DNA from: a virus
Reading direction: 5' to 3' (one strand)
Virus record (IMG/VR): IMGVR_UViG_3300042673_002246
DNA length: 64,000 bases
Position 1 is the stretch's first letter. Every line of letters starts with the position of its first letter. Shown here piece after piece: positions 37,396 to 48,063 of this stretch. Made by a program: the position numbers and the translations under genes. Below the pieces are notes generated by a model. It was given only the letters and a program-made list of their open reading frames with translations. It did not search any database and was not told where the DNA came from.

Positions 37396-40300
37396 TTATG
37401 AAGATTTTTTCTTAGTGTTTTTTATGGGCAATCGTGGCTGTCCTTCATCGCCTGACTCAAAAGCAAGTAGGGCCTTTCTGAACCGTTCAATTGTTTCCCT
37501 AGTAATTGTTTGGCCGCCATCGCCGCCGGTATCAATAAAGGCAGGACTCAGGTCATCTGCCCCAGACTCGAGCAACTCCCACAGAACGTTCAGGTTGGTT
37601 ACGGCTTTTTGGTTTTCCTGCCCACCCAAATCCCTGGCTCGCGGAAGGAATTGCGCTGTTGGGTAAATATCGGTTACATCAAGATAAAGAGTTCCGTCAT
37701 CCACCCATCCGCCGATAGCGACTCTTTCTGCTCCATCCGATGGGTTGTTGAATACTTCAGGTCCGTGAAAGTCCAGCCATGCAACGAATGTGTCAATAAG
37801 TTCTTCTGTTGGCTCTCCATCCGGAGTGAAGTCTGCAGAAGCTGGAAAAATCATTCCTTTTTTATTTCTTGCTACTGCTATACCATTTTTTATGTCGTCC
37901 ATTGTGTCTAGCTCGACAGTAAAACCGCCTTGGAATCCTTTTTGCAGAGTCTTTCTTGCCAGTAGGCGTTTCTCTGGGGTTTCAGCATATTTGACCTCAA
38001 CCTGTGATGCTATTTGCCGTATCTGCTCTGGAGAGTACTTAACTCTTTTTTTCTTCACAGTAGCTCCAGATGAAAGGCGTGGCGCACTGCTTGAATTTCG
38101 TTCCTGAGATTTTTCTGCCAGATTTCCCCACGGTTCTGTATTGCCGTCAACAAACAGTATTGAATAAACATCTTCACGCAGTTTTTTATTTAGCGCATAT
38201 GTCTTCAACTTATCATTTGGGTGAAGTATCGCAACTACTGCCTCAGCAAATGCTTCAGCTTTATTTGTATTACCGTAAGAAGAGAGCGTCATCGGACTAT
38301 CTGTAACCGAATTTATGTCAACCCCGTCAGAGAATCTGGCCATCATGTCAGGATTCATAATTACATCGTTATACTCGGACGCAACCTGCAGCGCTTGCGC
38401 GTAACGCTTATCCTGAGGGTCACCAGAACCAAAATAATGGCGATTTTTTGGCTTGCCAGCTAGTTCGACGTCTTTTAGTGCTCGGAAATGCAACCAATGT
38501 CCCCACTCATGGGTTATGACTCCAGCTATTGATTTGTCAATAGTGTTATCACGGCTCGTTACGAGTCTCGTCGGGTCCATGGTCACGTTTTCGCGTGCTG
38601 TGTCTAGCGAATTTGATTCCCTGTCGATAATCAGTCTTCGGTTAAAGGATACGGAATTAAGGAATGGAGTTGTCCTGGCGCGAACATATGGGTCTTTTGA
38701 ACCGATTCCGCGAACACTCTTTATTTGTTCAAGTTTTGACGAAACCTGAGGCAAGCTTTCATACGCCCTCGAAGCATCAGCTGTTTGCATGTAGAAAACG
38801 GGAGCACCGTGTGTCTCAAATGCCCACTTTAGTTTTGGATTTGATTCGACAGCTTGCTCAACAGCGTTACGCACAGCTTCAACTGCTTCGGGGGAGAAAT
38901 CTATATCATCCCATGGATTGTTTTTAAAATACTCGTCATGGACGGCGTTGAATTTTTTTACGTATTCTTCAGAGTCTCGTCCTCCTGGCGCAAAATCATC
39001 AATAAGCATTTCAAAGTATTGCTCTTTTGATGTTGGGACGAGCAATTCAGACATTTGTCTTGGAGTCATGCCCTTTAGCCAGTTCGACTTGCTTCTGCGA
39101 ACATTTCCGCCAAGTTCACTTTGGTCTCCGTATTTATATTTTTTCAATTGATGCGCTTTTATATCTGGCTGATTCATTTTGAGTATTGGACGCTCGCCTC
39201 CAGACGAAAGACGGTTAGAGGTTCGTCTATTTTTCCTGCCACCACGCGATAGGAGGCGATTAACCACAGTCCTTGGAGCTGACTGCTGGCTCTTGCGCTT
39301 GATGTCACGCTTCATTAAAATAGTGACGCCTTCTCCGGCTCTAAATAGCTCATCGGCTTCTTCAAAATCAACAAGCTGTTCTGCTGTTGCATTTGTTTTG
39401 AATTTTCCGTTTTTTGATTTTTCGTAGAGCGATGTTATTCTCTTCTTTTCTTCGTCCGTAAACCAGTTTCGTGATGAATCATTTACCGCATTATCTATTA
39501 CTTCTATAAATTTTTGCTGCTCGCCCTGCGACGCCCATGTAAAGCCATTTCTAGCCCAGTGTGTTGCGCCCATATAGTCGCCTTGTTTCCCAGACTGAGC
39601 GGAAGCCAATATTGTTTCTGCATCAATCTCTCTGTAAACAGCCTCGTTTCTGGCGTTGAAAATGCTCGCTATTCCATTGCCTCGAGCTGGGGCACCGACG
39701 GATAGTGAATCATGGACAATTATCTTATTTCTTCCATTGATTACAATTGTTCTGATTGAATCAGCAATTACCAGTTGGCCTTCGTTTTGCCCTTTTTCGA
39801 AGTCCTCCATATCTCCAATTCCGTCCCAACGTTCCCGCCGTGGAATTCCTGCTTGAGTAAGTCGTTTTACCGCGTCCTTGTCTTTTGTTTCAATGGTGAA
39901 TTTCAAGCTCACGCTTGTGGATGGCCGCTTTTTCACGCCTTCCATAATTCCATCGACCCCAAGGGCTTCACTTGCTTCTTCGAATTCTTCTTCGTCCATT
40001 TTCTGTACGACGACGTCTGTCGGTGAAACAACAACATCAAATGTTCTACCAAGATTTATTTTTTCTCCGTTTGTTGCCGTGACTATAACGTCGTTTCTTG
40101 TCGTTATTTCACCAGAAAACATATCTTTCGCTGCTGACTTTATTGATTCTTTGAGGGCTTTTCTTTCTTCGCTATCCGCGAGAACCTCTTCTTCGAATAC
40201 ATCGTATTCAATACCCTGAATTTTCTGAAATGAGGAATATCTTGGGTCATCTTTGGTAATCCACTCATCTTCTTTTTGGAGTTCGTCATTCAGCATCAGC

Positions 40301-43300
40301 GCAGAGAAACTCTCTACTCCTGCTCGCTGTTCGTTTGATAGGTAATTTTCCTCACTTACGACTGAATCGTAAATTTTACCTGAAGACAAACCGCGTATTT
40401 CATTAATTCTTTCCAACAAGCGATTATCTTCATTGATGTCATATTCTTCTGCAAGAATTTTACGAATTTTTCGTGCGTAGTTGTATCTCCTTCTAAATAA
40501 AGCACGAAGTTGTTTATCTTTTTCTTCATCACTTCTTCTAAGTGAGTTCGTACTAATATCCCGTATTGAGTCATATGCCAAAATAGGATTGTGAACTTCT
40601 ATTTCATAAGAATAAGTTGTACGCGTATTGCCATCTCTGTCTTTGACTTCTTTTTGTATATCCCTGAGTACGTATCCAAATTCTTTAATTGAATCATCAT
40701 CGCTAATCGCTTGAAATAAAATCCCACTGTCAGGTTTGAGTGAGGTCTCAATCCGCCCGCCATCATATTCAACTGCAGCTTTTGGAAGTTTGAATGTTTT
40801 TGGCTGAATTGCTCCGTCTTGCCCAGATGACAAGGAGTTGCGTTTATCTGGGTCATAACCCCACTCGAGCCATGAGTCACCGTTGGTGTAGATGTCTTTT
40901 GCTTTGACGCGTTTTTTGATTATTTCATAGTCCCCACGAAGAACTCCCTCACCGTGCTCAACTGCATACTGTCGTACGGGGGTCACCCAGTCACCTGGAT
41001 TTATTGATACAAGCTCAGATTCTTCCTGATTGCGTAGAGCATCTAGCTCAGATGCAAGTTTGTCGTAATAGTCGCTGTGATGGAGGTTTGTTGATACACC
41101 ACGAGGTACCCGACCATATTGGAGAATGTATTTCTGCTGTTTTTCGAGTCTTAGTATTTGCTCATCCCTCGATATCGGAACAGCCCTATACACGGTCACA
41201 TCGGCATTCGGTTTATTTCTGAAACGACGAACCACATCTACTGCGGCTGCGTCAAAACTGTCATTACCCGTTCCGTAGTAGCGGATACTTGAGGAGGAAT
41301 AAACATCATCTGGGTAAACACCAGTCAAATTGTGAAGTGGTGCTCCAGAATCTGCATCTGGGGCCATATGCATTCCTCTGTAGTCGCCATCATCTCCAGA
41401 TGAAAGACGGCGATACTCAGCGACATCTTGTTCGAATTTATCTACCGCTGCTGCAAATTTTGCATTATTTGAATTGAACTTTGCATCCCTTTTGTCTTTG
41501 TCCAAAACGTCAGTTGACCAACCATTAATGATGGCTCCATCGATAATCGCCGACATGACAAGACCGGTTGCTTCAGCATCTGCATCTGCCGTATGGTGTT
41601 TTTCACCTAAATCAACATTGAGGTATTTGGTTATGGCGGCAAGTCCATTGGACGGCTTCTTGTTCCCGTCTGCATCAAGAACGAATGGGCCGTCGTCTGT
41701 TTCTGGCGTCCAACGAGGAAGGGCCATATCTGAAATTTCTTTAGTGTCTAGGTAGCCCTTGGGTCTCCATGTAATGCCTGATTGAGATAGTGCCAGTTCG
41801 AGGACGTCTTTGTCAAATGATGCGTTTTGTACGCCGAATATTGCATCATCTCCAGCAAACTCGGCAAGTCGTTCATGTGCCTTTTTGATAGATGTTTGGG
41901 TTTTTAACCACTCATCTGTCAGCGGATTGCCATCTATGTCCTTGAGGTTCGCGCGAGACCATTCACCAAGAGATTCTTCTGGGTCCATGAAAATATTGAT
42001 GCTGTCAATTATTTTTCCGTCTTTCATCTTCACAGCACCAAACTGTGTTGGTTGGCCATTGGAAGAAGGTTTGCGGAATTCATCAAATACCAGACCAGTC
42101 GTCTCGTAATCAAAGAAAATTATTTCTCGATTTTTGTACTTGTCCTTAAATTCCTGCCATGTTTTAGCATCGCCAAATTCTTGCTCTGCTCCGCCAATAA
42201 AAGCACCGTATGTTGGTTTTCTAGGATAAGAAGGCCTGTCTGAGCCGCTAGACAAACGCTTTGAGTAGTCAATCGGTTCGTTTATGTCAGCTAGAAGCTC
42301 ATCAATGTCTACATATCCCCTTTCATCATGCATTTTGACAATTCTTGGAGTCATCGCAAACAATATGTCGTCATAATCAGTCTGGCTGAAACCCTGAGGC
42401 TTCGAGAGTCCGGCAATCGGCTTGTTTTTTCCTAGTACTTGCCACTCCCCACCAGGACCAAGGATGTCGGTAATGTCATGACCCCATTTTCCTACACCAA
42501 ACCATGATGTGCCTCTACGATGTCGTGCTGTTGCTAAATCCTGCAACCATAATGTGCGTATTTCCTTTATCATCGAGGAAAAGGCTTCAGTTGGATATCT
42601 GTCGAGATATCCAGAATATTTTGTAGCAGCTTGATACAGACCAGAGTGAGTAGACATAAAGTTCTTGTCATCACCAAGTGCAGCCAATACCGACTGCATC
42701 TCTGATGCTGCTTTTTCTTCGACTCCTAGATTTAACTCGACCTCACTGATAATCCCGTCAAGATTAAATGCATTGCCTTTTCTGGCATTTATGTCAGATA
42801 TTCTCAGGCTGTCACCAACTTCCCAGCCTTTTGTAAATTTATCGTCAGAAGCAAATGCCACGTACGGACTACCAATGATGTTCGCAATAGCTCTAACTTC
42901 GTCTTGATTCTCAATTACTGAAGACTCATCATTTGCGCGAAGCTTTTGCAATAATGAGCGATATGCTTTGACTTTGACTGACGTTGAAGCAAAATCACGG
43001 CGTAAATTTCGTGACTGTGTCTCATTTAGCTCGCGTGTATTACCTAGTATCTGTCCAGAGCCAATTCCTCCACCTTTTGTGCGTTCAGGTATGAATATTC
43101 CATCATCTAGTTCTGCTACTCCATGATGAATAAAGTACGCGTTAGTTGGTGTTGGTGAAATAAAAAGGTTATCTTGTTCTTGCTGACTCAGAGACCTTAT
43201 CGAATCAGCTTCGCTTTTAAGAACTGCAATTTTTTCTTTTGGTATTTCTTCAACATCTAGAACATTTTGTTCATCTCGTATTTTTTTGCGATTTTCTTCA

Positions 43301-44013
43301 AATTCTTGAATTCGTAGGCTTTCTTCAGCAAGATAAAGTTTTTCTTTTGCTTCCGTAACCCTACTTGACAGGGCTTTTTTAATTTCGCTTTCCCGTTGCG
43401 CAGGGTCGTTAATGTTTCTACTATCGAGGTCTTGCTCGATGAGTGCTACGTGTTCTTCACGTGTTTGATTTGCTGGATTTATTCCAGGTTTATCAATATC
43501 GATGGTGTCGACTGGCTCGTTGCTTCTTGAATTACCGCTAAGAACGACACCGTTATCTTTTCCTGTCCAATTCCCGGACCGCTCTAATTCGGCAATTGCA
43601 GCCCTTAGCCCTTCAACTCTTTTACGAGCCACAGCAACTCTTTCTTCTACTGGGCTGGTTTGTTCTGTTGTGTTTGCCTGCCCAGAAGAGAGTCGCACGG
43701 CTTGTCGAACCGCCTGGGTTTCATCGTTTGTGCCTATAAACCTTGGACGCGTTGTGCCCTCATCGACCCACCCGTCTGCATCCGGGTCGAAATTACTGCC
43801 GGTTGGTTTTCTGCTTCCTGGCACCCCTCCTGTTGGAACATCAATGTCTCCACGACGACGCCTACGTCCGCCTCCAACATTTGGCCTATCAATAAGACGA
43901 CTGCCCACATACGAGGCAAGGCGACGACCAATGGCCTTGGTTTCCTGCTCTAGCTCTCTACCTTTTCGGGAAAGCTCAAACGGAATCTCAAATTCCTCAT
44001 CTGCGTTAGACAT
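37396..44013 (-). CDS. large polyvalent protein (DEDDh exonuclease, GNAT-like, HExxH zincin and other domains)
   Basis: FFDYETTG...QNASFD...HTADAD; ARGNGIAS...WARNGF; THEWGH...AEAFAE; seven LSSG linkers. Confidence 0.8.
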   Translation of the reverse strand: MSNADEEFEIPFELSRKGRELEQETKAIGRRLASYVGSRLIDRPNVGGGRRRRRGDIDVPTGGVPGSRKPTGSNFDPDADGWVDEGTTRPRFIGTNDETQAVRQAVRLSSGQANTTEQTSPVEERVAVARKRVEGLRAAIAELERSGNWTGKDNGVVLSGNSRSNEPVDTIDIDKPGINPANQTREEHVALIEQDLDSRNINDPAQRESEIKKALSSRVTEAKEKLYLAEESLRIQEFEENRKKIRDEQNVLDVEEIPKEKIAVLKSEADSIRSLSQQEQDNLFISPTPTNAYFIHHGVAELDDGIFIPERTKGGGIGSGQILGNTRELNETQSRNLRRDFASTSVKVKAYRSLLQKLRANDESSVIENQDEVRAIANIIGSPYVAFASDDKFTKGWEVGDSLRISDINARKGNAFNLDGIISEVELNLGVEEKAASEMQSVLAALGDDKNFMSTHSGLYQAATKYSGYLDRYPTEAFSSMIKEIRTLWLQDLATARHRRGTSWFGVGKWGHDITDILGPGGEWQVLGKNKPIAGLSKPQGFSQTDYDDILFAMTPRIVKMHDERGYVDIDELLADINEPIDYSKRLSSGSDRPSYPRKPTYGAFIGGAEQEFGDAKTWQEFKDKYKNREIIFFDYETTGLVFDEFRKPSSNGQPTQFGAVKMKDGKIIDSINIFMDPEESLGEWSRANLKDIDGNPLTDEWLKTQTSIKKAHERLAEFAGDDAIFGVQNASFDKDVLELALSQSGITWRPKGYLDTKEISDMALPRWTPETDDGPFVLDADGNKKPSNGLAAITKYLNVDLGEKHHTADADAEATGLVMSAIIDGAIINGWSTDVLDKDKRDAKFNSNNAKFAAAVDKFEQDVAEYRRLSSGDDGDYRGMHMAPDADSGAPLHNLTGVYPDDVYSSSSIRYYGTGNDSFDAAAVDVVRRFRNKPNADVTVYRAVPISRDEQILRLEKQQKYILQYGRVPRGVSTNLHHSDYYDKLASELDALRNQEESELVSINPGDWVTPVRQYAVEHGEGVLRGDYEIIKKRVKAKDIYTNGDSWLEWGYDPDKRNSLSSGQDGAIQPKTFKLPKAAVEYDGGRIETSLKPDSGILFQAISDDDSIKEFGYVLRDIQKEVKDRDGNTRTTYSYEIEVHNPILAYDSIRDISTNSLRRSDEEKDKQLRALFRRRYNYARKIRKILAEEYDINEDNRLLERINEIRGLSSGKIYDSVVSEENYLSNEQRAGVESFSALMLNDELQKEDEWITKDDPRYSSFQKIQGIEYDVFEEEVLADSEERKALKESIKSAAKDMFSGEITTRNDVIVTATNGEKINLGRTFDVVVSPTDVVVQKMDEEEFEEASEALGVDGIMEGVKKRPSTSVSLKFTIETKDKDAVKRLTQAGIPRRERWDGIGDMEDFEKGQNEGQLVIADSIRTIVINGRNKIIVHDSLSVGAPARGNGIASIFNARNEAVYREIDAETILASAQSGKQGDYMGATHWARNGFTWASQGEQQKFIEVIDNAVNDSSRNWFTDEEKKRITSLYEKSKNGKFKTNATAEQLVDFEEADELFRAGEGVTILMKRDIKRKSQQSAPRTVVNRLLSRGGRKNRRTSNRLSSGGERPILKMNQPDIKAHQLKKYKYGDQSELGGNVRRSKSNWLKGMTPRQMSELLVPTSKEQYFEMLIDDFAPGGRDSEEYVKKFNAVHDEYFKNNPWDDIDFSPEAVEAVRNAVEQAVESNPKLKWAFETHGAPVFYMQTADASRAYESLPQVSSKLEQIKSVRGIGSKDPYVRARTTPFLNSVSFNRRLIIDRESNSLDTARENVTMDPTRLVTSRDNTIDKSIAGVITHEWGHWLHFRALKDVELAGKPKNRHYFGSGDPQDKRYAQALQVASEYNDVIMNPDMMARFSDGVDINSVTDSPMTLSSYGNTNKAEAFAEAVVAILHPNDKLKTYALNKKLREDVYSILFVDGNTEPWGNLAEKSQERNSSSAPRLSSGATVKKKRVKYSPEQIRQIASQVEVKYAETPEKRLLARKTLQKGFQGGFTVELDTMDDIKNGIAVARNKKGMIFPASADFTPDGEPTEELIDTFVAWLDFHGPEVFNNPSDGAERVAIGGWVDDGTLYLDVTDIYPTAQFLPRARDLGGQENQKAVTNLNVLWELLESGADDLSPAFIDTGGDGGQTITRETIERFRKALLAFESGDEGQPRLPIKNTKKKSS

Positions 44014-44074
44014 CTACAAAATGATACCACTTACATAAAACTCAATAAAAATGAATTTACGTGGTGTTAAGACT

Positions 44075-44437
44075 TTACTGAAGTCTTGTGTTGCATTTTG
44101 TGCAGGTTACGGACCATGGATACCGCTTAACCATACTTGGCGGGTGCTGGCAATCCAGGGCTCGTGTGGCGCGCTCGTTAAGGCAGTTTCGTATCCACGC
44201 AGAAAGGGATAGTTGCTCCTCGGATGAGGCTTGTTTCCAGCGCTCTCTTTCTGCTTCTGTGGTTCGGATGAGAACGGACTTATCGATTGGGGCGTCGTCT
44301 TCTTTTGCAACAGGAGCAATAGTTGGACTGATTGTGTCAGCAACTTTTTTCATTGCCGCCATCATATTTGAAGCGCTTATATCTTCACTCGTCAAAATCT
44401 TTATCTGCTTCTTCACCGTAATCCTCCTCGGATTCAT
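44075..44437 (-). CDS. ribbon-helix-helix-like DNA-binding protein
   Basis: VLIRTTEAERERWKQAS...LSLSAWIR; start uncertain. Confidence 0.5.
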   Translation of the reverse strand: MNPRRITVKKQIKILTSEDISASNMMAAMKKVADTISPTIAPVAKEDDAPIDKSVLIRTTEAERERWKQASSEEQLSLSAWIRNCLNERATRALDCQHPPSMVKRYPWSVTCTKCNTRLQ

Positions 44438-45053
44438 CCAGACCTGAAAGCTCGACTAATTCGGCATCAATTATGTCCGAACTATCTGTCCCTAGAAGAG
44501 ACTTTACTGTACTTTCGGGCAACACGCCGGATATAGCCATCAGTTCCAAAAGTTTTTTTGCTTCGGACTCTGGGTCAAAACCAATCGCCGGTCTTTCAAC
44601 TCCTGGCTGGCCGGCAATAACTGCTCGTATATTCGTATTGTTGTTGACATCCATTTGCACATTGACGTTCGTCTGTTCCATGCCAAGGAGTTTTGTCCTC
44701 CTGTCCATGATTGATAAAACCTGCTGAATAGCCTTGAGGTCTGGCTCAATTTGAATTTCCGTGCCATCCTCCTGAACCTCCCTGCGATGTTGCGTCATTG
44801 GCCAAATCGCCTGCTGTAGGTTGTCCAGCCGCTCGAGCTCAAGCCGAAGAACTTCGGGGTAAGCAAGAATTGCTTCCTTGTTCATTTTTTCCAATTGGCG
44901 CTGAACTGAACGAGTGACAGATGATGTGGATACCCCGAATCTTCTGGCTATTTCCTGCACTGACGTTCCAGCCTGGCGCATCTTAAAGATGCGTATATCG
45001 CGCTCGTTCAGAAATTCACGAGTCGTTATCGGCTTTGTTTTATCATCACTCAT
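44385..45053 (-). CDS. HTH protein, terminase-small-subunit-like
   Basis: MRQAGTSVQEIARRFGVS; LELERLD...W...AI..VL.IMDRR.KLLG. Confidence 0.6.
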   Translation of the reverse strand: MSDDKTKPITTREFLNERDIRIFKMRQAGTSVQEIARRFGVSTSSVTRSVQRQLEKMNKEAILAYPEVLRLELERLDNLQQAIWPMTQHRREVQEDGTEIQIEPDLKAIQQVLSIMDRRTKLLGMEQTNVNVQMDVNNNTNIRAVIAGQPGVERPAIGFDPESEAKKLLELMAISGVLPESTVKSLLGTDSSDIIDAELVELSGLDESEEDYGEEADKDFDE

Positions 45054-46846
45054 GTTGTTGTCTTCATCCACTCTATCACTTCGAATGGGAAGCGTTTTCC
45101 GCGTTTCATCTTCAGCGGCCAGTGGCGTTCATCGCGAGCACCTCTAAAGTGCTTAACGTCATAGACGTAATCGCCACCAGCAGTTGGGTCTGGTTGCAGG
45201 GACAAGCCAAATTCTGGCCAGCGCGACCAAACTGCAGAACCGAATGGACGCAAATCCCTTGACGTAGAACTTGTACCAAGTGGGGCATGGTGCTCAATCC
45301 ATAGAGCGCAACCATAAACAACGCGAATTGTGTCCAAGTATTTAGCCACTTCAATGGCGATTGATTCAGAAGTTCTCCCACCTGGGTCAAGAAATGCCTT
45401 ATATAGCGGCCCTATCACGAGAAGCTGTGGCCTAACTTGGTCTAGCGCATCTTCAAGGATTGCCCTGTCTGCTGCCTTGAGCAAGTCCATTCCTGATGGT
45501 TTGGAAAGCAGGTGTGCGTCGATGCTGTCAGTTCCTGCGTGGGACATGGCCTGGAGAGCAATTGAGCGTGATGTTCTTCGGATGATTCGTTCTGGGTTTT
45601 CTAGGTCAACGGTAAGCGTTGTGATTCTTGGCATTTGCTGAAAAGAAAAAGGATTTATTCCAGCAGCCGTAAGAATTCCAACCTGACGTGCAAGCATGGT
45701 TTTACCAACACCTTCTGCGGCTACGACTATCACTCTTTCGCTTTTTTCTAATAACCCAGGAATAACCCATTCATATGTGTCGCCAGTGGTTTCACTAAGA
45801 AATTCATTCCACTGAACAAGACGACCAGTATCCAGAACAAAGGACACAGTTGAAGAAGCAATGATTAGATTGCTCTTTGCAATTTTTTGTTTTGCATTTA
45901 GGTCGGTTCGCGCAATCAGTTCGCTTAGCTTCTCAATTGCGGCATCTTCTGGAGTTTGGGGCGACTCAACTTCAACCTCTTCAAAATCAATTTGCTCAAA
46001 ATCTTGATTTTCCGCGTCCTCGAAAATTGGCAGCAATCCATCGATTGAGCCACCACTCGACATGTGGTCAGTAATATCCTTGTGTGATGGGCAAACCCAT
46101 GCCTGCGCGCTGCATCCAGCTGCAGAAAGTGTCTCCACTACTTCATTGGCGTGTTTTACCCCAATTTCATCATTGTCGGCGATGACCTCTACAACGGCTC
46201 CAGCCAGTGCCTCTGTGTGGATGTCGAGCCATTTACCAGCACCGCCAGGCATTGTTGTTGCAACAATCCCCATGTCAATGAGCGTGTTGGCATCCTTTTC
46301 CCCCTCAACAACCCAAATTGGCACACCATTTTTCTTGGCTTCAAGAACTGCTGGCAAATTGTAAAGAACTTTCGGCGTATCGCCGAGAGCATAAACCCAG
46401 CCATTTCGCCCATCTGGCTTTCTCTGACTGAATGACTTCTTGCCATTTTCATCGACGTATCTAACTTTTTGAAATAGCAACTGATGATTTTCATCAACAA
46501 AGTCATACGACTCGACAAAAGTCAACTTCGGTTTCTGTGTGGGTATTGGTTTTTTTTCTGTCTTTATTGGCTTGTCTGTTGCAGCATTTCTGATGACGGG
46601 TTTTGAATCCTGCGGCATTAAGTCCGAAACGCGCAAACCAACCGAACTGCAAATTTCATCAACATTGCACGACATTGCGCGGTGGCAAGTAACTAGAACA
46701 CGGCCGTCGTTCCCCTCCGAGACAGATAAGGACGGGTTTGAGTCGTCGTTTCTGCACGGACAGCGAGCAACCCATCCGGTGCTTGTTTTACGGACGCCAT
46801 CAAGCAGTCCGAGAAAATTTTCTACTGGGTCGGATATTTGGGTCAT
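45050..46846 (-). CDS. DNA primase-helicase (Zn finger + TOPRIM + RecA-like AAA)
   Basis: ARCPC...CHR; VVEGEKD, IADND; AAEGVGKT. Confidence 0.85.
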   Translation of the reverse strand: MTQISDPVENFLGLLDGVRKTSTGWVARCPCRNDDSNPSLSVSEGNDGRVLVTCHRAMSCNVDEICSSVGLRVSDLMPQDSKPVIRNAATDKPIKTEKKPIPTQKPKLTFVESYDFVDENHQLLFQKVRYVDENGKKSFSQRKPDGRNGWVYALGDTPKVLYNLPAVLEAKKNGVPIWVVEGEKDANTLIDMGIVATTMPGGAGKWLDIHTEALAGAVVEVIADNDEIGVKHANEVVETLSAAGCSAQAWVCPSHKDITDHMSSGGSIDGLLPIFEDAENQDFEQIDFEEVEVESPQTPEDAAIEKLSELIARTDLNAKQKIAKSNLIIASSTVSFVLDTGRLVQWNEFLSETTGDTYEWVIPGLLEKSERVIVVAAEGVGKTMLARQVGILTAAGINPFSFQQMPRITTLTVDLENPERIIRRTSRSIALQAMSHAGTDSIDAHLLSKPSGMDLLKAADRAILEDALDQVRPQLLVIGPLYKAFLDPGGRTSESIAIEVAKYLDTIRVVYGCALWIEHHAPLGTSSTSRDLRPFGSAVWSRWPEFGLSLQPDPTAGGDYVYDVKHFRGARDERHWPLKMKRGKRFPFEVIEWMKTTT

Positions 46847-46850
46847 TTGG

Positions 46851-47219
46851 TCACTTGAGATTCATTCCTGGAATAAGAATTATCGGTTCACGCGGAACCA
46901 ATTGTATTTTCATTCTACGTCGCAAAGTCTTCCGTTGTCGCTCGGTTGTACCAGCCCAGATACCGTACTTTTCGTGGTAAATGCTGTATGCAAAACACTG
47001 TTCTATTTTTGCGCATTCATTGCAAATTTCAATAGCGAGCTTGGTGTTGTCTCGAGACTCGATATAGCTTTCCTTGAAATCATCGCTCTCTCGGTCAGCG
47101 TGTGGAAAGAAAATGTTTGGGCTGTAATTTTTGCATGCGCCATCAGTCGGCGGTCTATCCACTCGTACTGGAATTTCACTTTGCGTATATGGATAGCTTG
47201 GCACTGTTCCCCCAATCAT
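46851..47219 (-). CDS. whiB: WhiB-family transcription factor
   Basis: C...FFP...CNEC...C...YGIWAGT. Confidence 0.85.
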   Translation of the reverse strand: MIGGTVPSYPYTQSEIPVRVDRPPTDGACKNYSPNIFFPHADRESDDFKESYIESRDNTKLAIEICNECAKIEQCFAYSIYHEKYGIWAGTTERQRKTLRRRMKIQLVPREPIILIPGMNLK

Positions 47220-47244
47220 GAACTATAAATTGATGGGAGTGATG

Positions 47245-47655
47245 TTAGCGGGTGTCAACCAATCTTGTCACGTCTCTGGCGGAAAGAAATATTGTCGCAC
47301 TGCGAATAACCAGTTGACCAGATATATCTTCTGAAAGAACATCTACAGCGTCTACGGGAATCGAGAATCTTGTTGCTAGCGCGGCTCGCGTGCGTTCAAT
47401 TTTTACTTCGTCGTCAGCAAGGGCTTCATCTTCGGTTCTTATCACCCGAGGTCCGACGAGCGCGCGAATCTCACTGGCTTTTTGTTCAGCGCGCAAACAC
47501 CACGCACAAGCTAATTCTCCAGTTGATGCTGCACGTTTACGTATCTCAGTATGACCACATACTAGGACGTGATGATACGAAACATGACCCCAAGCACCGA
47601 CTCTTTTTATTTCGGCTATTTTGCGTCTTGGTGAGCGCCTACGCTCGGATGTCAT
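47245..47655 (-). CDS. hypothetical protein
   Basis: ORF. Confidence 0.6.
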   Translation of the reverse strand: MTSERRRSPRRKIAEIKRVGAWGHVSYHHVLVCGHTEIRKRAASTGELACAWCLRAEQKASEIRALVGPRVIRTEDEALADDEVKIERTRAALATRFSIPVDAVDVLSEDISGQLVIRSATIFLSARDVTRLVDTR

Positions 47656-47673
47656 TAAGACTCGGTCTGAAAA

Positions 47674-47961
47674 TTATTTAAAAAGCTTTCGCAAGAAGCT
47701 CTTTAGCCAATTTTTTGCCTTAGTTGTATCGACTTCAACCTTGTCTGGAACTGACTGTTCAATTTTTTCTTCAATGGCATCCCATGCCTTCATGAATTCA
47801 TCTGTGTCAGCAAGATACGAGGAGGCAGAATCCTTTATCTTGACTGCAGCTTTCGATGCTGACGTCTTTTTCGCCGCAGGCTTTTTGGCTGCTGGCTTTT
47901 TCTTGGCCGGAGCCTTCTTAGCTGCGGCTTTTTTTGCTGTTGGTTTTTTGTTCGTTGTCAT
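47674..47961 (-). CDS. Lys/Ala-rich histone-like protein
   Basis: KKPAAKKPAAKK repeats. Confidence 0.6.
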   Translation of the reverse strand: MTTNKKPTAKKAAAKKAPAKKKPAAKKPAAKKTSASKAAVKIKDSASSYLADTDEFMKAWDAIEEKIEQSVPDKVEVDTTKAKNWLKSFLRKLFK

Positions 47962-48063
47962 GGAACAGACTCTAGTGCATAAATCGAGTCCGCGGTGAAA
48001 GGGGTATTTTATTCAAAAAACATATTTACGGTTCAACTTTTTAATAATGATTAGTATTTCGAT

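Noticed and set aside
37396-38064. C-terminal domain of the giant protein as a SAM lyase
   Set aside because: Only a vague motif resemblance; cannot be supported without a profile search
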